A stretch of DNA of 64,000 nucleotides. It comes from Ancylonema sp. Taxonomy: Eukaryota. The notes beneath the pieces were generated by a model that did not search any database, had not been told where the DNA came from, and was given only the letters and a program-made list of their open reading frames with translations. Positions 24,485 through 38,235 of the stretch are shown one piece after another. The stretch's first letter is position 1; each line of letters begins with the position of its first letter. Position numbers and translations under genes: made by a program. The stretch covers positions 1 to 64,000 of the forward strand of contig JBFLGF010000065.1 of the NCBI GenBank assembly GCA_050230475.1, in the 5' to 3' direction.

Positions 24485-27400
24485 ATGGGCGAAGAGTCGG
24501 ACAAACGTGTCAATTTGCTTGACGAAGAGAGCGAACGTAAATTTTATCGAAAATCCTCGCACATGATTGCCTCCATCCTGGCTTCCTTCACCGTCGTCGT
24601 GACGATCATTTTTTTCATAACGGGTCAACTTGGCTCCGCTGAGAGCTTCAATTTCTATCTAGCGTATACAGCCATATGGACACCACAGACCTGCACGCCC
24701 ATGGTTGTACCTTGTAAGTCATACCCTTACTGGATGTGATTTCTTCTACGCATGAGTCAATACTATTCTGCTTTCTACACATCTCCTATCGTCACTCGTT
24801 TTGTATCGCTGTCGAAGTCGAAGTCGAAGCCGTCGTCGAGGTTTGCGAGGGACATTTGTGCATACAGAGTATACCGTGTACTGTTTTCTGTATGCTGACG
24901 TCAAATATTCAAGGCAGAGAGCGGCTGCACAAACAGCGAGTAGCTATCGAAGCATTCCCCGTTTCTGACTGAGTCGGACTGAGAGGAGTTGGTGCCAACT
25001 GCAGTCCCTCAGGTCGAAGACATGACGCTCGATGAGAAAATCGGTCAGATGACTCAGGTCGACCAGTTGGCTGTCACTAGGTCCAACAGGAACGGTGATG
25101 ATATCGCCAAATACTTTATAGGCTCAGTCATCAGGTAGGACGACTTTCCTTACCCCGAAGCAACTGCTTAAACTGCAGACTCTTGTCTATGCAGAATTCG
25201 CAATTCTGATTAAAATTCGAAAATCATTAACAAGATGAAAGCAGTGTAAACTTCTGGATTAAGTCACATACCCTCCATTCCATTCCATTCGGGCCTCTGC
25301 TTATCTCACCTCTAATGTTAGTCAGCAGTAGGAGATGAGTCTCTATTTTGGCCTTTTGGCACAGGTTTTCATTCGGCAGGGTCTTCTGATTCAGCCTCTT
25401 CTCAACTGCTTGTCATTTTAGCATTTATCGAGTGTAGAAAGGAAACATGGCAATCTTTGCATTCTTAAACCCAACACCTGAACCACTTCCTTCCAAATGT
25501 GCCTCTCTTTTCAATGACAATTTCAAAAAACATATCAAACCATAAAACCCTACACCTCATCTTCCTTCCGCCCGCCCTCCCATCCCTTCTTTTGCCAACC
25601 TTATCCTCTTCCCACCCCTCCCCACCTCGCAGCGGCGGAGGAGGTGCTCCTGTTTGGGGCAACACCGCTCAAGACTGGGCCTCCCTAGTAGACCATCTCC
25701 AATCCAAGGTCTCCCGAACACGTCTCAAGATCCCTCTCCTCTACGGAATCGACGCAGTCCATGGCAACAACAACGTGTTTGGAGCAACCATCTTCCCCCA
25801 CCCCGTCGGACTGGGAGCCACACGAAACGCCGACCTTGTCAGAAAGATCGGGGCAGCTGCCGCGCGCGAGACGGCGGCTCTAGGTGTGCGCTGGGCATTC
25901 TCGCCATCTGTCAGTGTGTGCCGCGACCCCCGGTGGGGGAGGTGTTACGAGAGCTTCAGCGAAAACCCGAATGTGGTGTCGTCTGTGTCCTCGGCAGAAA
26001 TCGACGGGTGGCAGGTGAGTGACTTCTGCTGCTGCGTTTCTGCCGCTGGCACATCTGGATGTTCTCCATTATACTGACTGCTCAGCATCTCTCATCAGAG
26101 ATGTGTGCATGAATGCTGTCTCTTTTCAGACCTTAGCGTCATCTCAAAGTATGTTGCAAAGTTTTCTTTCTATATCGAAGAAATGTGGGATGCATGTTTC
26201 ACACCAGTAGTGAGGTTTGCGAAAAGAATCGAAAGTGGATTCCCATGTTCTTCCCATGCCTCTTCCCCTTTCAGCCAAATGATACCCTATCTCCTCATCA
26301 CTTCACCTCCCCTGTTTAGCAATCATTTTGTCTACAACCCTTACACAAACATAAATATAATGTCAAATACCAATACACACATCTGTACATCTCTGACACA
26401 TCTTCACCAAAGAAATGCATATAACCTCCACACAGCAACCCACTAACCCCCCCCCATTCCCCATCCCCCCAGACTCGTCCATCAGGCACTGACGACCCCG
26501 TCTCTTCTCTCCCCGGCGAAATCCTTGTTGCTGCCACTGCCAAACACTTCATCGGGGATGGGGGCACCCAAGGTGGCATCGACCAAGGCAGCACCGTCAT
26601 CTCCTTCTCCGAACTCCGCCGCATCCACCTCCCTCCCTACATCGAGGCCATCAAGAGGGGCGTGCAGACGATCATGATCTCCTTGTCGTCCTACAACGGC
26701 CTCAAAATGCACGCCAACCACCACCTGGTCACCGATGTGTTGAAGGAGGAGTTGGGTTTCGAGGGCGTGGTCGTGTCGGACTGGGAAGCCATTCAGCAGC
26801 TTCCAGGAAATTTCTCGGACCAGGTGCGGTAATCCATCAATTCCGGTCTCGATGTGATCATGGTGCCTGCCGCTTACAAGTAATTCATCTACACGCTGAG
26901 GGAGGTGGTGCTGGCGGGGCGGGTATCAGAATCGAGAATCGACGATGCCGTCCGTCGGATACTAAAACTCAAAGCGAATCTCGGCCATTTCGAACACGCG
27001 TGTTCCCACCCGAATCTCCTCCAAGAAGTTGGGAAAGCCGAGCATCGTGTCATTGGGCGACAAGCCGTCCAAGAGTCACTCGTCCTTTTGCAGAACAAGA
27101 AGCGAGTCAGGTTCGTAGGTCCCGATGGGGAGACGTCCATGTTCCCCCTCCCTCTCGCCCCCACCACAAGAATCCTGGTAGCTGGTTCACATGCCAACAA
27201 TATCGGGTTGCAGTGTGGGGGGTGGACTATCAAATGGCAGGGGTCAGAGGGAAACATCACAAGAGGCACGACTATCCTTGAGGGCATTAGAGAGGCAGCA
27301 GAAGAGAGGGGAGCGGATGTGAAGTTTGTGCGACAGCCAATGGGGGCAGAGGAGGCGGATTATGGTATTGTAGTCGTGGGGGAGCCACCGTATGCGGAAA

Positions 27401-27765
27401 TGCTGGGCGACAACCAAGCTCTCCAACTGGAGTCGTCTTCTGGCTCAACCATTCATGCTGAGTGCAAAAGCATGCCGTGTGTGGTCGTCCTCGTCTCCGG
27501 GAGAGCGCTGCAAGTCGACTACTTGCTGCAAAGAATCGACGCGCTGGTGGCCGCTTGGCTGCCGGGAACAGAAGGAAACGGAGTGGCTGATGCCCTCTTT
27601 GGGTCTCAAGACTTCTCGGGCAAGCTCCCCGTCAGTTGGTTTTCCGACACATCCATATTGCCGATGAACGGGAACAACACGGTGTACAAACCGTTGTACC
27701 AGCTAGGGTATGGTCTGAGCAAAACGGGGAACAACCTACCTCTAGATGCTGATTTATCTTTTTAG
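24485..27765 (+). CDS. Glycoside hydrolase family 3 beta-glucosidase/exoglucanase with two in-frame TAA codons (possible pseudogene or base errors)
   Basis: MTLDEKIGQMTQ, IGSVISGGG, IPLLYGIDAVHGNNNV, RDPRWGRCYESFSE, AKHFIGDGGT, VVSDWE (nucleophile), GEPPYAE (acid/base), AAWLPGTEGNGVAD, GKLPVSW. N-terminal hydrophobic segment from 24563. TAA at 26830-26832 and 26881-26883. The 5' exon structure is uncertain. Confidence 0.88.
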
Positions 27766-27825
27766 AGGCACAGATGACAGAGGACAGGTTGAGTTTCAAA
27801 AAAAATAAAAAATCTCTTTTCTCAG

Positions 27826-28947
27826 GGGGATTGTTGTGTGTCCAACCTACACCACCATCCACACATGTGTAAAATCGACACATGCGTATAATTTCGAGAG
27901 AGATGGACTTGTATGTCTATGTTTATATGGCATTAGGAAAGTTTTCAGTTTTGTGATGTCATAATCTTCAAGGTAGTTGTTACAAATAGTCGAAACACAT
28001 ATCGGCAACGCTGGCAGCCAAAGTGGCGGTATGGTGGTGGTTACTAGTCATTGCAAATATGTAGGGTAGTCTCAGATTTCGACCGAGTATTGCGTGGATC
28101 CAAAAAATCTCAAAGTTTACATGCTTAGACTACGGAGATGGATTCACCTCCTCCTCTTTTTGAAAATGTCCTCGCACTCAAGCTTGCAGCTAGAGTGAAT
28201 GAAGTGAATGATTAAGTGGATCCGATCCACCCTTCTCTTCATAATTATTTAGGGATTACGGCTCTGCATAATACGGTATCGGAATTGAGTACAACGTATC
28301 CGGCGAGGGCGACCTGGCCATGAATCACATGTACTCATTGGGCCTAGGAAGAGCGTATGTGTAACGCTGTATTGTGGAAACACGTGAATCGAAGGCTTCT
28401 TTCCTGGATGGCAAGTCATTAGCAGACGGAAATCAGAATTACCTACCCCTAATCTACGTCACCGCACCAAGAAATGACAACTAGTTCGCGCATGATGGTG
28501 TACATGCTATGGCTTTCAGTATCCATGCACCGACTTTTGCCCTCATTCTACTTATTTGTATATGGAATAATTTGTAGAACTTGATGTTTGGCACATTTCT
28601 AAGGGGAGTTGTTGTGTGTCCAGTCTACACCACTAATCTCACGTGTAATCTCGACACAAACGCAGAAATTCGACAAAAATGGACTTATAAGCCTATTGTT
28701 CATATGACATGAGACTTTTCAGTTTTCTGATGTTTACTTACAAGGTAGTCGTTACAAATAATCGAAGCACATATCGGGTCATTGCGGGTACTAGTCATTG
28801 CAAATATGACTAGTAGTTTAGGTAGTTTCAGATTTCGACACAATATAGTGAGGACCCGAAAAATCCCGAAGTGAACGTGCTTACAAATAATATGGAATCA
28901 ATCTATTTGCTCTTTTTGAAAACAAGCCCGTACTCTAGTTTGTAGCT
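27826..28947 (+). repeat. Diverged direct repeat pair of about 350 bp (27826-~28190 and 28603-~28947)
   Basis: Collinear shared blocks TTGTTGTGTGTCCA, TTTTCAGTTTT, CAAGGTAGT.GTTACAAATA.TCGAA.CACATATCGG, TACTAGTCATTGCAAATATG, CAGATTTCGAC and CTCTTTTTGAAAA. Confidence 0.75.
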
Positions 28948-29640
28948 CTACAACTTACAGTCTCCTCAAAATTGTTTGTAAATAACAACACAGTTGGAAA
29001 CTTGACAAAGACTGTAAAGGTTGCAAGGAGGTTGTAAAGCTACCAAAACCGTGTGGCAAAAAGTGTGCGCCAAATGTGTGGCTAAATTGCGGCTGGGATA
29101 GGTTCGGCATTCACTTGGACTGCAATTGTGTGGGGACGGACTCATCACCATGTATGAATGTTACACATACAAACAAAATAATGACTAGTTGGGTATGATA
29201 ATGTTTATTGACCGAGCTTTTTATTTTAAAAATAATGATTAAATCTTATCTTATTGCATGAGTCTGACAATCTTCTAGATTCTTGTAATTAAAAGGGATT
29301 CCCGTCGTTTTTCAATAATACACAAATTCGCTTTCCAGGTTAGGTTGGGAATAATATACACTTTCTCTCCGAATAGAAAGAATTTCAAAACTAGCATTTA
29401 CTGGCGTGTGAGTGGTTGCGCTGCAATCTTGACCTAATGATTGTGGCGGTGCCTCCAACCAAACCAACATTGTTGGGTACCTACCAGGGTTTCTCAACAT
29501 TTTGATTGTGTGCCTGTACCGTAGTGTGGTCACTTTCAGAGTTTCGACCCAACCTCAGCCTGCTTACACCACGAGTGTGTACATCGGTGTGTACCCTCGC
29601 TGATGTACCTACACTGGTACCTGCAGAGACACGTGCCAGA

Positions 29641-32313
29641 ATGGCCTCTCCCGTCACACCTCCGGCAGTCACACGAATTCTGCGCGCACAGGGTAGCTGC
29701 AGGACCAGCTGCTTACCGGATTCCGGCAATGGATTCTGGCGAACGTCTTTTTTCCCAATCAATACAGAAACGTGTGTTAGCTCTTCCGCTGCGACACGTG
29801 TGCCATTTCGGCAACAAAATTCCGCCGTCCAGATTTTTTTTCCTGCTGCTGGTAGCAGTCTTCGTTCGGCTGCCCCTCTGGACTGTGGCAGTTGTGACCA
29901 CTCCCCTGCTGACGTAGAGCTAATAGAAGACGTGGCGTCATATCAATCCTCTGACTGGATCCATTTCTCCCAATCCCAGCAGTGTATAGATTCAAATTCA
30001 GATTCCCAACCATCTGAACCGCCGGATATTCCCAAGGTCCTGAAAAGGAAAGTAGATTCTCCCCACCCTCACGAGAGCCCTACTTCGACCAATTCTCGAC
30101 AATCCGACGCAAGAAGCGCCAGAAAAAGCCGAAGTACCTCAAGAAGAGCGGCTGTGGGGTTCTTCGTCGCTTTCTTCGCTGCTATGCTGAGCTGGCAGTA
30201 CCAGTGTATGCCAGCTGGCGCATTCTCCATCCTTGGCAATGCCAACGTCGACAAAGATCCTATAGAGCCTTTCACAATATATGGCTCCCTCTAGTACGTG
30301 CCCGTTCTATACAGCCCCCCTTGCCATAAAAATCACTATTATGTTGCCCCTCAGTTTGGGATATTTGTCTCGAAATTTTGTAACCTTCGCTTTATCATCA
30401 TTTAGCTGACTCTGAATTGAATCCTTCAAGAATCACCCTGTTTGCGCCCTGTTTAAAAGATGATGCGCCGTCACGAACATGAAGCGATATCATTCTTTAT
30501 GAGCTCTTGCGCCTAATTTGGGCGCCAAATCCCTTACACATACCAAACTGCCTCCACCCCATAGCCGTCCCTTCACTCCTGTCGCTCCTCTTTCCTTCCC
30601 GTGTTTTTCCGTTCGGGCAGCAAAAAATATCTCATCGAGGTGATCGATGACGGCGGTCACATCATCGGCCGAAAAAAGGGTTTCACCGCCTCCGTTTGGT
30701 AATTTCCGTGACCATAGGTGTACGTATTTGATGAGCCTTTTGTTGTTCAACAGTTTTGGACGGATAAGCCCTTGAATTAGAGGGAAGACGTGGTGAGGGT
30801 GCGAATGCCGCTAGGGCGAGTTTAGCGCAGAAACGCATGCTCATGCTCACGCAACCACCCAACAAACATGCATTGCCTCCATACAAAATTGTGCGCATTT
30901 TGTATTCTCATTCTCACCAACTGCCAACTCGTAGACACAAATATAGCACATATAAATCCTACCAAAAACTGAACTCGGATGCCCCATGTGCGCAAAGCTT
31001 GTCTCCGGAATCTAGAGCACTAGATCCTTTTTCCATATTGTCGACGACTTGTTTGGCGCAGTGTGAACACCCTTGAAGCGAGCAAAGAAACTCCTCAGTT
31101 GCAAAGCATTCCCACCGGCCTCAAGGTACAAAAAAATTCACACAGACCATCCCAACACTCGTGTGATGCCGGTTCACCTTTTCACCTGTGTGAAGTGATT
31201 TGGAATGTGCTACATGCCCCACACCGTGCGTCCCAAGCTTCTAGTCAAATGAGCAAATAGCTTCGGAACGAGTAAACACTTTTTAACGTGTCAAATTCCC
31301 ATGACCACTATGTGATGGAAGAAGGGTGATCTGTACACAATTAGGTGATAAAACTGTGTGCAAAGAGGTCCGTGTAATTGTACAAAACAATAATGATGCA
31401 TATGAACAAAACTCTAGTTATCTCTATCTATCTTCTACCCCTCATACTCTTTAAACTCATGTTTACTATTGCCACTAATACCATTTTCCCGCCGCGACCA
31501 ACCCCTTTACTTTTGCCATTTCGACATTTCTGCTACTATTGCCGGTTTTTCACTCTCTTGCTTCTACCAATTTTGACAAGTTTGTTCATGTTTGCCCATT
31601 TTCAATTTTTCAATTTTTGAATTCCGCCAATGTCGCCAATTTCGCCAATTTCGCCCCTTTTGCCACTTTTGCCCCTCTCGCCAGGTGAATCTCATTGGGG
31701 AGCCGATTTGCGCCAAAGGAGAGGGCTCGTCCAGAGAAACTTCGTGTGAAAAGCCGTGTCAACGAGCATGTTCCGCACAAGTCGCCCGGCACGCGGCTGA
31801 AATTCGCGAAACCGGGTATCTGATGGAGAGTAAAGATCGAGCAAAGGTGGAAGCGACTTGTGTGAAGCAATGCTTTTACGAATGTGAGATGAAGGCCCTC
31901 CTCTCGTTTTTCCGATGCTATGAAATCCATTCATCCAACATCCCTTTTGCCTAATAATGCTACGGGTGGTGGCAATCTTCTCCTTTTCATATTTGCATGA
32001 AATCAAAATGTGCGCGCACGTGTTGTGAAAACGAAGGGATGTCTGACAGAGATTGCACGATTGTGGTGTCCAAAAAAAGGAGTCGTAACAATCGCGATTT
32101 TTACAAATCTGTCCTTAGAGTTCAATCATGCAAATGGTCGATTCATACCTCACAAGCCCAGCTTGCCTAGCTCGCCCAGCTTGTGAGGTGGGGAAATGAT
32201 ATTTTTGAGCCGTTTCCCATTCACTACTAACACAAAAAAATAATTCGTTCTTGTCATGTGCAGGCACAAAGGCTGGCAAAAGTGGCTCTTTTGTCCTTCC
32301 TTTTAGGCTCTAA
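29641..32313 (+). CDS. Predicted thylakoid-lumen Cys-rich protein (transit peptide plus Tat signal), 5 exons
   Basis: Exons 29641-30293, 30621-30699, 31062-31125, 31685-31883 and 32264-32313 splice in frame. Ser/Arg-rich N-terminus, SRRAAVGFFVAFFAAML...PAGA (twin-Arg, AxA), mature part with CEKPCQRAC...CVKQCFYECTK. Ends in TAA. Confidence 0.75.
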
Positions 32314-33469
32314 TTTGGCTCTACGCTGTATGGGATCTCTGTAAGTTTTTTTTGAGATCGTTGTACCATTTGTCCCAAATAATCCCAAAATAATGGGACT
32401 TTATCTATTTTTGTCCAAGGAGTGCGAAATAGATAATTGATCGTGCCAAGACTTACTCGATTATACTCGTTATCTTTCGATGCCTTGTATTCAATTCGCA
32501 AACAAGATTCATACCACGGTTAAGAAACATAGAATCTCATCCACACCAGCGATGAACATCGTCGACTTTAACTTTCTTCATTCGTCATGAAAAGGAAAGG
32601 CTGAAAATCGTTAGTATGTAAACACAGAAATAATAATAAATGCAATCGGACAGGATTGAATATGGGAAGCTGGCGTTTCCATATGTCATACAATTTGCAT
32701 TATCGACTATTGATGTGTGTACTTGAGAGATGACCATGTCATCTCGACTTTCTAACATGGTGTATGATTGCACAATTCTTTCATGTGGAACCTTCCATCA
32801 CCTTCCGTGATGCAAAATGACGTTTTAAAATGAATGGTGTATATATAGAGAAGGTGTAGTCACAAATGTCGAGATTTCACGCTCGCTCAAAAGCGCTACC
32901 TACTCATGGCGCATGAGTAGGTCATCCGAACTTATAATCCATCATAATCTACAAAAAAAAGTGGTCGCTCACAAAACATGATTGTCGTGTCGTCAACACT
33001 GATTGATCCAGTCCATGACTCTCCAGCCCAAGGTTAATTTGTCTAACCTGGACCGTATGAGGTCCTCTATGAAACTTCTTTCATCTTGGCGACGCGAAGA
33101 ACCCAACTCACATGTGGCACGCTCTCCTAAAGTCCCCAATTACATGTGATTTGCCGCCTTTATGGGCGAAGACGATTTGCCAACATTGATCTCTATTCAT
33201 TTGCTTGAAATACTCTTCTACAAAAGTGTGTTTTTATGTTTTTTGGGCAAGAAGTGAATTTGATGTTTCCATATTTTCCGGATTTGAAAAACAATAAATT
33301 CTTGTTATAGGCAGTATCGTTATAGGAAAAACCTCGTCATAGGCACCAAATTAGCGTGTATGAACTATCCCCCTCCAAATCGTCTTCGTTATCGGCCACG
33401 TTCTAGGCACAAAAAGGGGATTTTGTGCCTAAACGAGTTAAGACGTCATAACACATCTCGATGTCGACT

Positions 33470-36400
33470 GATGACCGAGGATAAACCCGACGAACGTCAT
33501 AAAATACTTCGTTTTTTTCATGAAAGTGGCTATAAAGAATTGGTATTTATTACACAAAAAACTAGTACTTATTCACGCGCCAATCGGCCAATCGTTATTG
33601 ACAAACGATGATCTCGTGCTTTTAGAGAAATTTCAGGTCTCCCTACTTACATGCCTATCTGATCTCAAGGCCCCTAGCACATGGGCCTATAACGTGTTTA
33701 CACATTTTAGACACAACCACATTTTAGGCATAAATATCATGTGTCTCGAAGGTGTGCCTGTAACGAGACTTTACCATATGTACTTTCTCATCGATTTTTC
33801 CGTAGTTGCACGATACGTGTCTCGTATCCGATACGTTTTCGCACGATACGGCGTATCAACTATTTTGCCCCATATTTAGGTTCCGATACGGCCTGTATCA
33901 TATTGTGCCAATACGCGCATCGTTTCGAACACGTGATACACGTGTCTTGCCAAACTTGTGTACACGGGGGTTTTGTACCTTTAAAAATAGCATTACAATG
34001 AATGAATGTAAGCTGGGTCTTTTAGCGTGTAGACTTCCATGCGTGTCGCGTAGCATCTGTTGCTCACATTCGAGCCAATTATGGAGACACGCGGATATCA
34101 CTCTTGTTTGACTTGTTTCTATGGCTACCAAATGTCGAGCCCACTTTAGAGGCTACGTGTATACTTTAGAGTCACATTCAACCGTGTACCAAACACAATA
34201 CCGCCGCTTGAGAAGCCGCTTGGTATTCTTCAATGTGCTTCAATAATCAAACACATGTTGTAAATTACAACGATATGTTTCGTTCTGACGCGGTTTCCGG
34301 ATGATGGGAGCAATCGCTAGCACAAACGTCATACAAATACACACGATTGTATGTGGACCGACGACGAATGTGATATTTGACCGCTTGAGGATAGCCCCAA
34401 TCTTGTATTAATGTCTCCTTTGCATAGTTTTTTCCTCCCTTTTCGGTTGCAGCGACACATGACACACATACTATTGTGGCAATGGGATGATCCTTTGCCA
34501 AGATTGTGCAACACACGAAAACATGTTTAGTCTACGTAGAGTACATAGATCAGATTTACAAAATTCATATGGAATCATTTGCCCCATGGCATCTTCACCA
34601 TAGAATAGACTGAAGTGTCATAACCGGAAAACTAAAACAGAAACTCGCTCAGTTCTCCTTCCAATTGCGGTCCTCTTCGCTCCACAAACACAGCGCCGCC
34701 CTCCACTTGAGCCGAAGGGCAATTCACTCTATGCCTGACACCAACCCCCTCCCCACACCAGTGTTGAGCCAACATTCAGATAAGAAGATGAAGGGACAAA
34801 TAATCGAACATGGAGTATCTAACATGGGTAAGCTCGTATCTTTCACCTCTCATCTAATTAAAACTCTTACCTTGACTCCATAAGGGATGGCAAGGATTGA
34901 CTCCATAAGGGATGGTAACAATCAGGCATCATCACTCTCCCACCCAACTCTTCTATCCCCAACCTAAAACCTCATTTCTACCCCATCCCAACCTCCAAAC
35001 TCCATCCTATCCTCCATTGCCAACCAACCCTCTCCCTTTCTTTCAAGTATTTGAGGTCCTCACCAGAAAAACAGCTAACCACCAAACCCCCCCACCCCCC
35101 TCCCCTCCACCACATCCATCTCTCCAACACACATACACCACAAGGGCTGCTTGCACTTCACGCTTCATGGTTTTTTTTGGGGTTTTTTTGGTGTATATGT
35201 TCCCTCCCCTCTACCACTGAAAATGGTCTTCACATGCAAACGCATTCGCAACTCGCTTCAGTCCCGCGGCGCTCCTGAAGAAGCCAAACAAAAAAGGCAT
35301 GAGCTCCGTACATTCCCTCCTTTCATTCCCTCTATAATTCCCAATCATTCTCTCTATTCTCTCTATTCTCTCTACTCTCTCTATTCTCTCTATTCTCTCA
35401 GACAAAACCCGATCCCCAGCGCATATCCACAACATTAGCTCCCCAATCCCTTCTCATTCGGACACCGACACCTAATTAAACCTTCCCCTCCCTCCCCATT
35501 CCTCCCTCCTCCCCCCCCCCCCCCACCCTCCCCAGCCCCTTCCCCCCACCACGTGGCCTTGACGAGGCAGTAGTGCTTGTCGAACGCGGCGCTGAGGCAG
35601 TGGGGACAGGCCAGCAGGGCGTACACGTCATCCTCCTCACACCCGGGGGTGCTACACCGCACCTAAAACCCAAAACCCGCAGATGTCAAACCCCAGGAGT
35701 CATATCTACACACTATGGGACGCCCTCACATACCCCTGCATCTGCATCGCTGTTCGTCTGAATCTGGTTCCTTAGGATCCCAAGGAAAAAACAGTTACAC
35801 CCTAAAATTTTCGCAATTTGATGAGTTCCAAATTTTCATAATTCCGTAATTTNAGATGACCGAGGATAAACCCGACGAACGTCATAAAATACTTCGTTTT
35901 TTTCATGAAAGTGGCTATAAAGAATTGGTATTTATTACACAAAAAACTAGTACTTATTCACGCGCCAATCGGCCAATCGTTATTGACAAACGATGATCTC
36001 GTGCTTTTAGAGAAATTTCAGGTCTCCCTACTTACATGCCTATCTGATCTCAAGGCCCCTAGCACATGGGCCTATAACGTGTTTACACATTTTAGACACA
36101 ACCACATTTTAGGCATAAATATCATGTGTCTCGAAGGTGTGCCTGTAACGAGACTTTACCATATGTACTTTCTCATCGATTTTTCCGTAGTTGCACGATA
36201 CGTGTCTCGTATCCGATACGTTTTCGCACGATACGGCGTATCAACTATTTTGCCCCATATTTAGGTTCCGATACGGCCTGTATCATATTGTGCCAATACG
36301 CGCATCGTTTCGAACACGTGATACACGTGTCTTGCCAAACTTGTGTACACGGGGGTTTTGTACCTTTAAAAATAGCATTACAATGAATGAATGTAAGCTG

Positions 36401-38235
36401 GGTCTTTTAGCGTGTAGACTTCCATGCGTGTCGCGTAGCATCTGTTGCTCACATTCGAGCCAATTATGGAGACACGCGGATATCACTCTTGTTTGACTTG
36501 TTTCTATGGCTACCAAATGTCGAGCCCACTTTAGAGGCTACGTGTATACTTTAGAGTCACATTCAACCGTGTACCAAACACAATACCGCCGCTTGAGAAG
36601 CCGCTTGGTATTCTTCAATGTGCTTCAATAATCAAACACATGTTGTAAATTACAACGATATGTTTCGTTCTGACGCGGTTTCCGGATGATGGGAGCAATC
36701 GCTAGCACAAACGTCATACAAATACACACGATTGTATGTGGACCGACGACGAATGTGATATTTGACCGCTTGAGGATAGCCCAATCTTGTATTAATGTCT
36801 CCTTTGCATAGTTTTTTCCTCCCTTTTCGGTTGCAGCGACACATGACACACATACTATTGTGGCAATGGGATGATCCTTTGCCAAGATTGTGCAACACAC
36901 GAAAACATGTTTAGTCTACGTAGAGTACATAGATCAGATTTACAAAATTCATATGGAATCATTTGCCCCATGGCATCTTCACCATAGAATAGACTGAAGT
37001 GTCATAACCGGAAAACTAAAACAGAAACTCGCTCAGTTCTCCTTCCAATTGCGGTCCTCTTCGCTCCACAAACACAGCGCCGCCCTCCACTTGAGCCGAA
37101 GGGCAATTCACTCTATGCCTGACACCAACCCCCTCCCCACACCAGTGTTGAGCCAACATTCAGATAAGAAGATGAAGGGACAAATAATCGAACATGGAGT
37201 ATCTAACATGGGTAAGCTCGTATCTTTCACCTCTCATCTAATTAAAACTCTTACCTTGACTCCATAAGGGATGGCAAGGATTGACTCCATAAGGGATGGT
37301 AACAATCAGGCATCATCACTCTCCCACCCAACTCTTCTATCCCCAACCTAAAACCTCATTTCTACCCCATCCCAACCTCCAAACTCCATCCTATCCTCCA
37401 TTGCCAACCAACCCTCTCCCTTTCTTTCAAGTATTTGAGGTCCTCACCAGAAAAACAGCTAACCACCAAACCCCCCCACCCCCCTCCCCTCCACCACATC
37501 CATCTCTCCAACACACATACACCACAAGGGCTGCTTGCACTTCACGCTTCATGGTTTTTTTGGGGTTTTTTTGGTGTATATGTTCCCTCCCCTCTACCAC
37601 TGAAAATGGTCTTCACATGCAAACGCATTCGCAACTCGCTTCAGTCCCGCGGCGCTCCTGAAGAAGCCAAACAAAAAAGGCATGAGCTCCGTACATTCCC
37701 TCCTTTCATTCCCTCTATAATTCCCAATCATTCTCTCTATTCTCTCTATTCTCTCTACTCTCTCTATTCTCTCTATTCTCTCAGACAAAACCCGATCCCC
37801 AGCGCATATCCACAACATTAGCTCCCCAATCCCTTCTCATTCGGACACCGACACCTAATTAAACCTTCCCCTCCCTCCCCATTCCTCCCTCCTCCCCCCC
37901 CCCCCCCACCCTCCCCAGCCCCTTCCCCCCACCACGTGGCCTTGACGAGGCAGTAGTGCTTGTCGAACGCGGCGCTGAGGCAGTGGGGACAGGCCAGCAG
38001 GGCGTACACGTCATCCTCCTCACACCCGGGGGTGCTACACCGCACCTAAAACCCAAAACCCGCAGATGTCAAACCCCAGGAGTCATATCTACACACTATG
38101 GGACGCCCTCACATACCCCTGCATCTGCATCGCTGTTCGTCTGAATCTGGTTCCTTAGGATCCCAAGGAAAAAACAGTTACACCCTAAAATTTTCGCAAT
38201 TTGATGAGTTCCAAATTTTCATAATTCCGTAATTT
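33470..38235 (+). repeat. Tandem duplication of about 2.38 kb across a single-n gap (33470-35852 / 35855-38235)
   Basis: Copies look identical apart from 1-bp homopolymer differences. n at 35853. Confidence 0.95.

Noticed and set aside
26830..26883. Genome-wide reassignment of TAA/TAG to Gln (as in some ulvophytes)
   Set aside because: TAG terminates OTU3, GH3, the repeat protein and the zinc-finger gene at expected C-termini, and TAA terminates the gene at 32313. PAF1, VIT1 and the 1000-aa exon have no internal TAA/TAG.
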